Origin: Octopus sinensis
Lineage: Eukaryota
Length of the DNA: 64,000 nucleotides
Assembly: GCF_006345805.1 (NCBI RefSeq)
Contig: NC_042998.1
Span: forward strand, 60,574,001-60,638,000
Reading direction: 5' to 3'
This document shows, piece after piece, positions 38,772-51,057 of the stretch. Each line of letters starts with the position of its first letter. Positions within the stretch are counted from its first letter, which is position 1. The notes beneath the pieces were generated by a model that was not told the DNA's origin, did no database searches, and worked only from the letters and a program-made list of their open reading frames with translations. The position numbers were made by a program, and so were the translations under genes.

Positions 38772-39549
38772 GTAAAAAAGAAAAAGACAAAAATGGGGAT
38801 TTTTTGGGTCCTTTTTTTGGTCATAAACTGTTTTTTAACATCCATTTTTCCATGCTTGTATTGCTATTGTTGTTTATGTTGTCGCTAATAACAGAGATCC
38901 GTCTTGATCAAACAGACCTATGATTAATGGTGTTCCGACTATGATCATTTCGTCTTTTTTGCATATCTAATGCAACTCTTTTTTTTTTTTCTTTTTTCTT
39001 TTTGTCGAGATGATAGGCTGTGACTTGTAAGGGTTTTCTATTTCTAGCAAGTTGACCAACCTTGTAGAGGCTCCTGCATTAACTCCATGTTGGAAAATGA
39101 AATAGTCAAGCTTTCAGCTGGATATTTTTACTCCATTAATTATTCAGCTATAAAATATATTTGGCTTTTCTTTTTTTTTGTGTGTGTGATAGTTGGGGGA
39201 AGCATGCAAGCAAGCAAGCATAGTTAAATATTTTGCTCAAGAACCTCTGTAAGATCTGAATTTATGAAATAAGGATGATGACCTTTGTGATTCTTATTTC
39301 ATTTTGTTTATTTGTCCATCACTAAGTATACACCTCTGTTAATATACAAAATAGAACTAAATGAGGATAAGACATATGTTTGAAAACTGAAATCCTACGG
39401 TATATAAGTTTATTCTCAACTCATTTTTTTTCTGGAACGTGGATGCAAGCTTAACTGCTAACTGTTGCAATTTGGGATATTTTTAACAATAGAAAATAGG
39501 GATATACATTTTATGCTTACAGGGATGTGTTATCCATTTTTGTATATAT

Positions 39550-39821
39550 TCTCTTTTACTCTTTTACTTGTTTCAGTCATTTACCTGCAGCCATGCCGCA
39601 GTAGCACCTTAAAGGGCTTTTAGTCAAAGAAATCGACCCCGGGACTTATTCTTTGCAAACCTAGTACTTTTTCTATTGGTCTATCTTGCTGAACCGCTAA
39701 GTTATGGGGACATAAACACACCAGCATCGGCTGTCAAGCGATGGCAGGTGGGAGGGGGGACAAATACAGAGACACATAAATATATACATTCATATATATG
39801 TGTGTGTGTGTATTTATGTAG

Positions 39822-39875
<54 letters not shown>

Positions 39876-40062
39876 GTGTATATATATATATGTATATACA
39901 ACAGGCTTTTTTTAGTTTCTGTCTACCAGATCCACTCACAAGGTTTTGGTCGGCCCGAGGCTATAGTAGAAGACACTTGCCCAAGGTGCCATGCACTGGG
40001 ACTGAACCTGTAACCATGTGGTTGGTAAGCAAGCTACATGCCACACACCCACTCCTGCGCCT
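39550..40062 (-). mobile_element. Family A SINE with expanded internal (TA)/(CA) tract
   Basis: Full head-to-tail match to 51739-52146. Confidence 0.88.
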
Positions 40063-41282
40063 ATACTACATAATTTATTCAAAACAATGTGGATAAATAA
40101 GCATTGCATTTGACCAAGTAATGTGAATGTTAAAGAGTTTGTACTGGACTAAGAAATTGTAATCATTCACAGCTACGGCCATAGTTTTGAAAAAAATTCT
40201 AAATAATCAATTCTGAGTAGAGAGGTAGTGGAGACAACACTGATATTTTAATTAGGGTTGTTTCCCTTGGCTTTGATACTTTATGCACTGTTGTGAAGAT
40301 TAATGGTTATTTAGCACATGCACAAAAATGTAATGACTTTCAAAAAAACTCGACAAATTTTCGATGGTTCAACTCGAAATTAATTTTATTAACACAACAA
40401 GTGTTGAGCTATTGATTCTTTCTCTTTACTTCACTGTGATTTTGATTAATTAAAACTTCTTAATTGACTACATCAGTTTTCATGCTGAACATATCTCTGG
40501 ATATTTTAGTTTTGGGTCCAGAAGAAAAGTTCTGTAAATATAAGGAACAGCTCCATTTACTTCAGCAATGGTTCTGTTTGCAGATTTCAGTGACATTCAC
40601 TTATGATAGCTTGACTTAAATTAGTGTGCACTAGCTATGAAGTTTTCTCAGAAAGGGTCCAAACAGCTATGCAGGGTTGCAAAAGTACAGGAGGGATATC
40701 TGTGTCTGCATCTGCATCTAAACCTAGAAAGTATATGTGTGTATTTACATTCACAAATATGTGTACATTTGCACCTGCAATGGATAACTATGTACCTGTA
40801 ATCATAAGTGATACTAGTATGCTTGCACTAACAAGTAATATGTATTTATCTATATCCATGTGTAGTGTTTGTGTATCTCTGCTCACGTAATATATGTTTC
40901 TTCAGTTATGTGTAAAATGTATGTATCTTCACCCATGTAATATCATTGATGTATATGTTGTTATTTGGAAAGTGAGACAGAATAGGAAGATAGACTAGAG
41001 CTGTTCTGTGTCCCACTGTACCTTCTCTTGTAACCAGTACATTTCCAGAAGAGTCCTGTCTATGTTCTTCACTTAGCTAAAATTTAATAACCATGTAAAA
41101 TTATTTTTCACACCATTCCTTTATGAAACAATCATAATGTCAGTGAATTTGCTTCCTAACATTAAAACAGTTGCTAATATATTTATATTGCCATCCAACC
41201 CAGATAATGAGGATATTTATAGTTATTATAGCTTCCTCATAACATATTTTCCATTCATTTTAGACAATATAATCTATTCTAC

Positions 41283-41490
41283 TCTAGGCACAAGGCCCGA
41301 AATTCTGGGGGAAGTGGGGGCCAGTCAATTAGATCGACCCCAATGTGCAACTGATACTTAATTTATCGGCCTCGAAAGGATGACATGCAAAGTCAACCTC
41401 AGTGGAATTTGAACTCAGAATGTAAAAACAGACAAAATACCGCTAAGCATTTCGTCCAGCATGTTAACATTTCTGCCAGCTCACCGCCTT
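41283..41490 (-). mobile_element. Family B SINE
   Basis: Reverse complement reads taaggcggtgagctggcagaaatgttaac...gagttcaaattcc...gactttgc...cagttgcacattggggtcgatc. Confidence 0.82.
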
Positions 41491-42414
41491 ATTTGGGAGG
41501 GGATAATATATTACCACCTCCATTCACTTGTTCCTCCCCTTGCATTTGTATTGTGCTCACTAACATCTCACCTCCAAGTCGCAACACTAACCATTACTAG
41601 TAATTTTCAGTAAATTAGCTCTGTGCAGCCGGAGTGGCTATAGGCCCCTCTTTTATCTGACATCATTTGGCAGCTGCTCGTTACAGAACATCTGACCAGG
41701 CCACTATATACAGTAGTTGAATATGCCAACAGCATTAGTCAATATGTACATAGAAAGATGATGGAAGATAAAAGTTGACTTCAGCTGGATTTGAACTCAG
41801 AATATAAGAGTCAAAACTAAATATTGCATGGCATTTTTCCTGATTCTTTAGCATATGCTAATTCATTATTTATAATATGTAAAACAAGGAGTCATTGAAC
41901 CTTAGTATTCTATTATCACAATTAGCTTACAAAAAGTATAGAAATTTCAATTAGAATTACAAATAATTGAACAAATTCATTTGTGTCACTCTTGTGTGGC
42001 CATCTAAGGATTAAAAGACTTTTGACTGCTCAAATGGCTTACTCTGGTGTCAAAGGACGCATACTGTAGTACTGACAGTAAGGTGGTTTATTTAGTGCTA
42101 GAGCTTAACAAAGCCATCACAACTTGAGTTCTTATATTATGAATAAAAGAAATTTAGGAACTGACTGTTATGTCAAACAGTGACAGATAAATCATACATA
42201 CTCACGTGTACAGACATCTGGCCATGTAGATAGAAAGTTCACATTGTAATCGTGTGGTTTGCGTTCAGTCAACAATCCAACACCTTGGACAAGTGTTTTC
42301 TACCATGAGCCTGGACCAACCAATACCTTTTCAGCAGAACTGGTTGATGGAAACTGTATGTATTCATATCATTAGCATGGAAAGCAGACATTAAACGACA
42401 ATGATGATATATAT

Positions 42415-44078
42415 AAAGTTAAAATTTAAAAATAGGATAAAATCTTTATAAGAATTTATCAAGTAGTCAGCGTGAAAAAACCTCATAAGGGAAAAATTAT
42501 AATTATTCCCTTTAGATATATTTATTTATATTAAGGGCATAACTACACTTGAATGCCTCATGCTATGAGGGGACTCTTAAAGTCAAAACTACCATAATAA
42601 ATACAGTGTACCAAACACGAGGGAATGCAACTCTTAAAAACAGATTCAGCCACATATGATTTCATAATTAGTGCACAAAATGCACTTTTTAATTGACAGT
42701 GCATGCATAATCAAGACACATAAAAATGAACAAAAATCAACATACCAGACGAACGCCAAATGTATCCAACATAACACATTAGAGTTGTTCACTCTTATAT
42801 GTCTATGTGAGAGGCAGGCTTTTCGAATTGCATCTCGGTACATGTGTATTTCCAGAATTATTCAGCACTGAATATATTCCAGTTGAATTTAAAATTTAAA
42901 AATAGGATAAAATCTTTATAATCTGTATAAAATTTTAAAATAGGATAAAAATCTTGAATGCCTCATTTTCCCCTTATGAGGTTTTTTCACGCTGACTACT
43001 TGATAAATTCTTATAAAGATTTTGTCCTATTTTTAAATTTTAAATTTAACTGGAATATATTCAGTGCTGAATAATTCTGAATATACACTACCGTCAGAAA
43101 TTAATTAGCACCCTTGATTTGCTCACCATGAAGCATGGTGGGGGTGGTCTGATGGTGTGAGGGGCGTTCAGCTACAGTGGTGTTGGGCGGCTCTATGCCG
43201 TCGAAGGCAACATCAACGCAGCAAAGTATGTTGAGATAGTACGGGATACCTCTTTGGTGGCGAGGAGTACGTGCTGGCCAGTCACCTGACCTGAACCCTA
43301 TTGAGAACCTCTGGAGTCGATTGGGTAGGGATTTGAATGTGCAGCAATACAGGAACCGACACGAGCTGTTTGGGGCACTTCTTGCTGCATGAGGGGCCAT
43401 CCCTGCACAGTACCTGCAGGCACTCATAGACAGCATGCCGACCCACGTAGCAGCTGTCATTGCTGCCAAAGGAGGAGCAACAAGATATTGACTAAATTTC
43501 ACGATTAATAACAATTATGTGGTGTGCTGGGATATGTTTTAATAAATTTTTGATTAAAAACGCGTTCGTTTCTGATAATAAGTTAATTAAATTAAGAAAA
43601 TGTAAGAAAATGTAGAAATTTGAGAAGTGCTAATTAGCTTCCGACGCAAGTGTACACGTGTACCGATATGCAATTCGAAAAGCCCACCTCTTGCACAGAT
43701 ATATAAGAGTGAACAGCTCTATGTACTATGCTGGATACATTTGATGTTCATTTGGTATGTTGATTTTTATGTGTCTTGATTATGCCTGCACTTCATTTTG
43801 TGCACTAATTATGAAATCATATGATATGCGGCTGAATCTATTTTTAAGTGGCTCACTTCAAGAGTTGCATTCCTCCACTTCGGTACACTGTATTTATTAT
43901 GGTAGTTTTGACTTTAAGAGTCCTTCGTAGTGTGAGGCATTCAAGTGTAGTAATGCCCTTAATATAAATAAATATATTTAAAGGGAATAATTATAATTTT
44001 TCCCTAATGAGGTTTTTTCATGCTGGCTATTTGATAAATTCTTATAAAGATATTATCCTATTTTTAAATTTTAAATTT
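42415..44078. mobile_element. Foldback-type element: ~430-bp inverted arms around an inner hairpin and a Tc1 insertion
   Basis: 42415-42848 is the reverse complement of 43655-44078; the inner palindrome 42853-43079 uses the same arm sequence. Confidence 0.8.
43086..43652 (+). mobile_element. Internally deleted Tc1-like transposon
   Basis: TA|cactaccgtcagaaattaattagcac and, on the other strand, TA|cacttgcgtcggaagctaattagcac; transposase pieces MKHGGGGLMV*GAFSYSGVG and QSPDLNPIENLW...AAKGGATRY*. Confidence 0.92.
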
Positions 44079-44227
44079 AGTAATGCCCTTTATATATATA
44101 CATATATATACACACACACATATATATTTACATATATATATGTGTGCGTGTATGTGAGGAGAAGTTTTCAGTGTAGAAGCAAGGATTAGAATCGAAGGGC
44201 CTTAGAGTCAACCTAGCTAAAACCAAA

Positions 44228-44686
44228 GAAATCGAAATCAAATTCGATGACTGGCATCCGTATTAGTGGAGCACTAAGAGCACCATCCAAGCGTGATTGT
44301 TGCCAGAGCAACTGACTAGCTTCCATGCTGGTGGCACGTAAAAAGCACTATTCAAGCGTGATCATTACCAGTGTCGCCTTACTAGCAATTGTGCCGGTGG
44401 CACGTGAAAAAGCGAGGTCATTGCCAGTGCCACTGGACTGGCTCCTGTGTTTCACGTAAAAAGCACCATTTGAGCGTGGCCGTTGCGAATATTGCCTGAC
44501 TGGCACATAAAAGCACCCACTACACTCTCGGAGTGGTTGGCATTAGGAAGGGCATCCAGCTGTAGAAACTCTGCCAGATCAAGATTGGAGCCTGGTGCAG
44601 CCATCTGGTTCACCAGTCCTCAGTCAAATCATCCAACCCATGCCAGCATGGAAAGCGGACATTAAACGATGATGATAATGATAATG
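44228..44686 (+). mobile_element. RTE 3' UTR (family C); duplicated at ~46210-46667
   Basis: Matches 17600-18008; internal repeat units and (GAT)n tail. Confidence 0.88.
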
Positions 44687-44702
44687 CATGTACATATATA
44701 CA

Positions 44703-44746
<44 letters not shown>

Positions 44747-44786
44747 CATACATACATACATACACTCACACACACACACACACGTA

Positions 44787-45188
44787 TTAGGTTGAGTAAA
44801 AAGTAAATAATATTTTGAACTGTGAAGAATTTGTACCGGATTTTTGCAGAGTTTTGAATTTTTTTTAACATTTTTTTGCAATTGTCTGATAATACAGTCA
44901 TAGATTGCCCAAATGTATCAATAAATTAACGTTGGTATTTTTTACCCTGTTGTTACAATCATCTGACATGGAACTGTCAGAGCGTAATTTTCAAACAATT
45001 TTACTATTCAACTCCAAAAAAGGACGTAAAGCAGCTGAAACTGCTTGCTATATCAACAAAATGTTTGGTGAGGAAATGACCAGTGAGTGGTCAGCTCGAA
45101 AATGGTTTAAACGATTTTGTAGTGGAGGCCTGAGCCTTGAAGATTGTGAGCATAGTGGATGCCCATCTGTCATTGATGACGGTCAATT
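44787..45188 (+). mobile_element. 5' fragment of the mariner element, created by the duplication
   Basis: TA|ttaggttgagtaaaaag TIR and MELSERNFQ...IDDGQL, then the junction into Tc1 sequence. Confidence 0.9.
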
Positions 45189-46687
45189 GATGAAGGCAAC
45201 ATCAACGCAGCAAAGTATGTTGAGATAGTACGGGATACCTCTTTGGTGGCGAGGAGTACGTGCTGGCCAGTCACCTGATCTGAACCCTATTGAGAACCTC
45301 TGGAGTCGATTGGGTAGGGATTTGAATGTGCAGCAATACAGGAACCGACACAAGCTGTTTGGGGCACTTCTTGCTGCATGAGGGGCCATCCCTGCACAGT
45401 ACCTGCAGGCACTCATAGACAGCATGCCGACCCACGTAGCAGCTGTCATTGCTGCCAAGGAGGAGCAACAAGATATTGACTAAATTTCACGATTAATAAC
45501 AATTATGTGGTGTGCTGGGATATGTTTTAATAAAGTTTTGATTAAAAACGAGTTCGTTTCTGATAATAAGTTAATTAAATTAAGAAAATGTAAGAAAATG
45601 TAGAAATTTGAGAAGTGCTAATTAGTTTCCGACGCAAGTGTAACACGTGTACCGATATGCAATTCGAAAAGCCCACCTCTTGCACAGATATATAAGAGTG
45701 AACAGCTCTATGTACTATGCTGGATACATTTGATGTTCATTTGGTATGTTGATTTTTATGTGTCTTGATTATGCCTGCACTTCATTTTGTGCACTAATTA
45801 TGAATCATATGATATGCGGCTGAATCTATTTTTAAGTGGCTCACTTCAAGAGTTGCATTCCTCCACTTCGGTACACTGTATTTATTATGGTAGTTTTGAC
45901 TTAAGAGTCCTTCGTAGTGTGAGGCATTCAAGTGTAGTAATGCCCTTAATATAAATAAATATATTTAAAGGGAATAATTATAATTTTTCCCTAATGAGGT
46001 TTTTTCATGCTGGCTATTTGATAAATTCTTATAAAGATATTATCCTATTTTTAAATTTTAAATTTAGTAATGCCTTTTATATATACATATATATACACAC
46101 ACACATATATATTTACATATATATATGTGTGCGTGTATGTGAGGAGAAGTTTTCAGTGTAGAAGCAAGGATTAGAATCGAAGGGCCTTAGAGTCAACCTA
46201 GCTAAAACCAAAGAAATCGAAATCAAATTCGATGACTGGCATCCGTATTAGTGGAGCACTAAGAGCACCATCCGAGCGTGATTGTTGCCTGAGCAACTGA
46301 CTAGCTTCCATGCTGGTGGCACGTAAAAAGCACTATTCAAGCGTGATCATTACCAGTGTCGCCTTACTAGCAATTGTGCCGGTGGCACGTGAAAAAGCGA
46401 GGTCATTGCCAGTGCCACTGGACTGGCTCCTGTGTTTCACGTAAAAAGCACCATTTGAGCGTGGCCGTTGCGAATATTGCCTGACTGGCACATAAAAGCA
46501 CCCACTACACTCTCGGAGTGGTTGGCATTAGGAAGGGCATCCAGCTGTAGAAACTCTGCCAGATCAAGATTGGAGCCTGGTGCAGCCATCTGGTTCACCA
46601 GTCCTCAGTCAAATCATCCAACCCATGCCAGCATGGAAAGCGGACATTAAACGATGATGATAATGATAATGCATGTACATATATACA

Positions 46688-46719
<32 letters not shown>

Positions 46720-46767
46720 CATACATACATACATACATACATACACTCACACACACACACACACGTA

Positions 46768-48046
46768 TTAGGTTGAGTAAAAAGTAAATAATATTTTGAA
46801 CTGTGAAGAATTTGTACCAGATTTTTGCAGAGTTTTGAATTTTTTTAAACATTTTTTTGCAATTGTCTGATAATACAGTCATAGATTGCCCAAATGTATC
46901 AATAAATTAACGTTGGTATTTTTTACCCTGTTGTTACAATCATCTGACATGGAACTGTCAGAGCGTAATTTTCAAACAATTTTACTATTCAACTCCAAAA
47001 AAGGACGTAAAGCAGCTGAAACTGCTTGCTATATCAACAAAATGTTTGGTGAGGAAATGACCAGTGAGTGGTCAGCTCGAAAATGGTTTAAACGATTTTG
47101 TAGTGGAGGCCTGAGCCTTGAAGATTGTGAGCATAGTGGATGCCCATCTGTCATTGATGACGGTCAATTAAAGACCATCATTGAGAAAGATCCATGTAAA
47201 ACCACTTAGAACTGGCAAAAGAACTGCAAGTTAGCCAGAAAACTGTCTACAACCATTTGCATATGATTGGAAAATCAAAAAAGCTAGACAAATGGGTACC
47301 AAACGATTTGAATGAAAATCAGAAAATGCAGAGATATGAAATTTGCTCATCACTTCTCTGTCACCAGACTAATCCGTTTCTCAACCGTATTGTTACTTGT
47401 GATGAAAAGTGGATTCTGTACAACAATAAAAACATTCTTCACAGTGGTTGGACCAAAATAAAGCTCTGAAAACCATCCCTAAACCCCGAGCTCTTCTAAA
47501 AGATTATGGTGACTGTTTGGTGGTGTACTGCTGGACTTATCCACTATAACTTCTTAAAACCCTGAAAAACCATTACTGCAGAAACATATTGCCATGGAAT
47601 TGCCAAAATGAATGAAAAACTACTACTACTCTGTCCCAGACTAGTCAACAGAAGAGGGCTAGTCATTCTTCATGACAATGTTGAACCACACGTTTCACTA
47701 ATGATGCTCCAGAAGTTGAGGGAACTTGGCTACAAAGTTCTTCTTCAGCCAGCTTATTCCCCCAGACCTTTCTCCTACCAACTACCACTTTTTCAAGCAC
47801 TTTGATGGTTTCCTGCAAGAGAAGGAGTTTGAAAATTAAATTGATGCTGAAAGTGTGATTCAAAGAGTTCATCAGCTCTAAAAGTCCAGATTTTTATGTT
47901 ACCGGAATAAACAAACTTGTACCTTGTTGGCAAATATGTGTTGATTGTAATGGTACTTACTTTGATGAATAAAATTTCCAGATTGTTGAAATATGTTGTG
48001 ATGAATTTCATGTTTCATAATGTTGCTTACTTTTTACTCAGCCTGA
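46768..48046 (+). mobile_element. Full-length-size mariner transposon, inactivated
   Basis: TIRs ttaggttgagtaaaaagtaa / ttactttttactcagcctga, TA flanks, 1279 bp. Transposase from ATG 46949 with WVPNDL, VTCDEKW, HDNVEPH and a frameshifted YSPDL; stop at 47207-47209. Confidence 0.93.
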
Positions 48047-48253
48047 TATATATATATATGTATGTGTGTGTGTGTGTGTGTGTGTGTAAGTGTGTATATA
48101 TTGAGGAAAAGATTTGTACATAGTAATATATATTAAATATTAGATAGAAATGTTTAATCTAAGTCTATTTGCTAAAAATTAATAATATATACAATTCTTT
48201 GTTGCATTTCCGTTTTTGCTTTGTTTTTTTAACACCTCTCCTCTGTTTTCTAG

Positions 48254-48339
48254 GTTGCAAAATTAAGAGATACATATGCTCCAATAGAATTTGATCCTCA
48301 TATAGAAACTGAGAAGAAAGTTCCAAAAATGGAAGAGTG
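48254..48339 (+). CDS. NT5C3: NT5C3 coding exon (VAKLRDTYAPIEFDPHIETEKKVPKMEE-W)
   Basis: ttctag| ... TG|gtaaaa; human [29 protein letters not shown]; phase 0/2. Confidence 0.96.
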
Positions 48340-48504
48340 GTAAAAATGATTTTTGAATTCTTTATTGTTAAGCATTTTTGTTACTTTTAATATATAATAG
48401 ATATATATAGCTTAGTGGTTAAGGTATTTGGCTCATGATCATAAGATCATGAATTTGATTTCTGTTGGTCATTGTGTCCATGAGCAAGTCAATTTCTTTC
48501 ACTC

Positions 48505-48835
48505 TGCATCGCCTTACTGGCACTTGTGCTGGTGGCACATGAAAAAACATTCGATCAAGGTCGTTGCCAGTGCCACTGGACTGGCTCCTGTTCAGGTGGC
48601 ACATAAAAAGCACCATTTGAGCATGGCCATTGCCAGTACCGCCTGACTGGCCCTCGTGCTGGTGACATATAAAAGCACCCACTACATTCTTGGAGTGGTT
48701 GGCGTTAGGAAGGGCATCCAGCTGTAGAAACTCTGTCAGATCAGATTGGAGTCTGGTGCAGCCATCTGGTTTGCCAGACCTCAGTCAAATCATGCAACCC
48801 ATGCTAGCATGGAAAGCAGATGTTAAACGACGACT
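48505..48835 (+). mobile_element. RTE 3' end (family C)
   Basis: Repeat units plus gtggttggcgttaggaagggcatccagctgtagaaac. Confidence 0.85.
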
Positions 48836-50190
48836 CTGCTGCTGCTGTTGTTGTTCCAGTCCAATGAGCTGGCAAAAGGGAGTTGTATCTGTAATTCAAA
48901 GGGCCAGCCCTGTCACATTTTGTGTCATGCTGAATTTCCTTGAGAACTACGTTAAGGATACTTGCACATTAATTTCACGAGAAGGTTGTTCTGTTGATTG
49001 GATCAACTGAAATACTCATTGTAACCAAGCATGGGCTATAACATGTCCAATGACTAAACATGGGTCATAACATGTCCCAGCTTGCATTTTACCTGCAAAC
49101 ATTACTCAGTGCCTTTGGTCTCTCAACTCACTTGGTGTCATCTTATTATGCGAGTTAACATTTCATAACCAACAGTTAAGGTAGCCTCAGCAACATGTTT
49201 CAAAGAGCAGTTAGATCTCCTCAAATCACATCCCTATCATATCTTAGAAAAGGATACATTGGGGAAATGCCTTCAATCATATATCACTCAGTCAAGATTA
49301 GACTGTAATTAAGCAGCAACTCATTAGCAATTTTGAACTGAAGCAACACTGCTGTATATTACCCCACTCTCTCTCTATCTCACACACACACACTCTTTAT
49401 AGAAAGAAAAACAAATGTCCAGAATACCACACTTTTCTTCTTATGACATAAAATTTATGCCACTGTTTTTATTTGTACTACTTTTTGCCGAAAGACCTCT
49501 ATTTCTTCAGGTTCTGTTACTTTACTACATTACCAACTCTACAATTGCTGATTATTCTTTACCTTCCTTGCCAATAATTTATGTCATACTATATTTTATT
49601 TCCCCACACCTCACATATGCTTGCTCTTTTTGTGACAAGTGAAATAATTTGTTACTAACATTGTTGGTAAGTAAATATGATTGTCTTCTCTATAAAAACC
49701 ATATGAAAATATTCATATGAATATGATACCCGGACTCTTCATCTAGAAAAATTCTGTCTTTATTCTACATCCAAATGCCCTTCTTGTTACCAACCCATAC
49801 CTGTTTCTAAACAAGCTAATACTTCCCCATGGCCAGACATGTTTTCATAGAAGATAGAAAACAAACTGCACTGCTTATAACGGGGACTCTTGTTTGCAAC
49901 TATTACACAATGTCAAAACAAGGAGACACTCACATGCACACACACAACAGCTTTCAGTTTCTGTCTACTAAATTCACTCCCAAAGCTTCTTAGAACTAAA
50001 ATAGAAAACAACTGCCCAAGGTGTCAAATGGTGGAACTAAGCATTACATTAGTTGGGAAGCAAAACACTGTGCTGTTTGTCTAACTTTCCATCCATATTA
50101 CTGAAATCAATATTCATTTGACTTCCTTTTCTTTTCCTATAGATTTCTATGTACTTCATTCTAACTTATACTGTTTGTTTATATTGTTAG

Positions 50191-50280
50191 GTGGACTCAA
50201 GTACATGAACTACTGGGTACACTGAATATCTCTAAAAGTCTGATTAGCAAAATGGTTGCTCAGTCTTCTGTCAGATTAAG
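50191..50280 (+). CDS. NT5C3: NT5C3 coding exon (W-WTQVHELLGTLNISKSLISKMVAQSSVRL-R)
   Basis: tgttag| ... AG|gtaaag; phase 2/2; human [31 protein letters not shown]. Confidence 0.95.
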
Positions 50281-50298
50281 GTAAAGTATTAACAATTA

Positions 50299-50511
50299 TG
50301 AGGAATGCTGAAAAATTCCTGGCTTTAAGGGTATCGCAAAAGGCCTGATTGGAGGCCTAACCTTCCAGATTCGTTTACAATGCTTAGAAAAAACTAAAGA
50401 ACTGCTATAATAAGTGTGTGAATCTGAGAGGGGAATATGTTGAATAAAATCACAACTGATTCTCCTGTATTTTCTTTTATCCAAAGCCAGTAACTTTTCA
50501 GCACCCCTTTG
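50299..50511 (+). mobile_element. Mariner-derived MITE
   Basis: TA|tgaggaatgctgaaaaattcctggcttt ... aaagccagtaacttttcagcacccctttg|TA; interior encodes KCVNLRGEYVE*, a mariner-type C-terminus. Confidence 0.82.
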
Positions 50512-51057
50512 TACCACTTTTTACTGCTTTTTATTTCAAATTACATACTGTATTTTTCAAGTACTGTATTTGATAGTGCAAAAGACACACAGGTGTATTT
50601 GATGCATTCCAATTTCAGCATTGCATATTCAGGAAAAGAGATTTTAGTGCATTAAAGCATGTTATACCTAAAGCAACCTAGCACCTTAGCTATGGCAGAA
50701 AGCAACACAGTAAGTTAGCTGTACAGCAAAATATAAAGCGAGAAATCTCACTTGTGAAAATATCCTGAATGATTATACTAATAAAACATGCAAGAAAAAG
50801 CAAAGTAGATTACTTCAGCCTATAGTAGTGAGCCTCAAGGATAAAGTTAGCATATGTGACACCCAACTTCACATATAGAACCTGGTGATATTTTTTGAGA
50901 CGTATTTTTGGGAAAAAATTGCCTCTTATATGTCATCAATTACAGTACTGCTTTTTATTGTTCTTAAGCTCAAATCACTGACTGTATTTTTCAAGTTTAT
51001 TTTGTTTTCATTTTTCATTTACTTTTATTGTTTTGAGTACTTTTTGGTATTTATAAT

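Larger units (their letters stand above)
43203..47169 (+). repeat. Tandem duplication of a ~1.98-kb unit (43203-45188 / 45192-47169)
   Basis: Near-identical copies at an offset of 1981-1989; identical ORFs at 44483/46468; few substitutions and several 1-nt indels. Confidence 0.95.

Noticed and set aside
43101-43514. 137-aa - strand ORF and its copies at 45183-45471
   Set aside because: Antisense shadow of the Tc1 transposase remnant.
44336-44520. Repeat-spacer-like array resembling CRISPR
   Set aside because: Eukaryotic context; the units are part of the RTE 3' UTR, the spacers are related to each other and identical between copies, and there are no cas genes.
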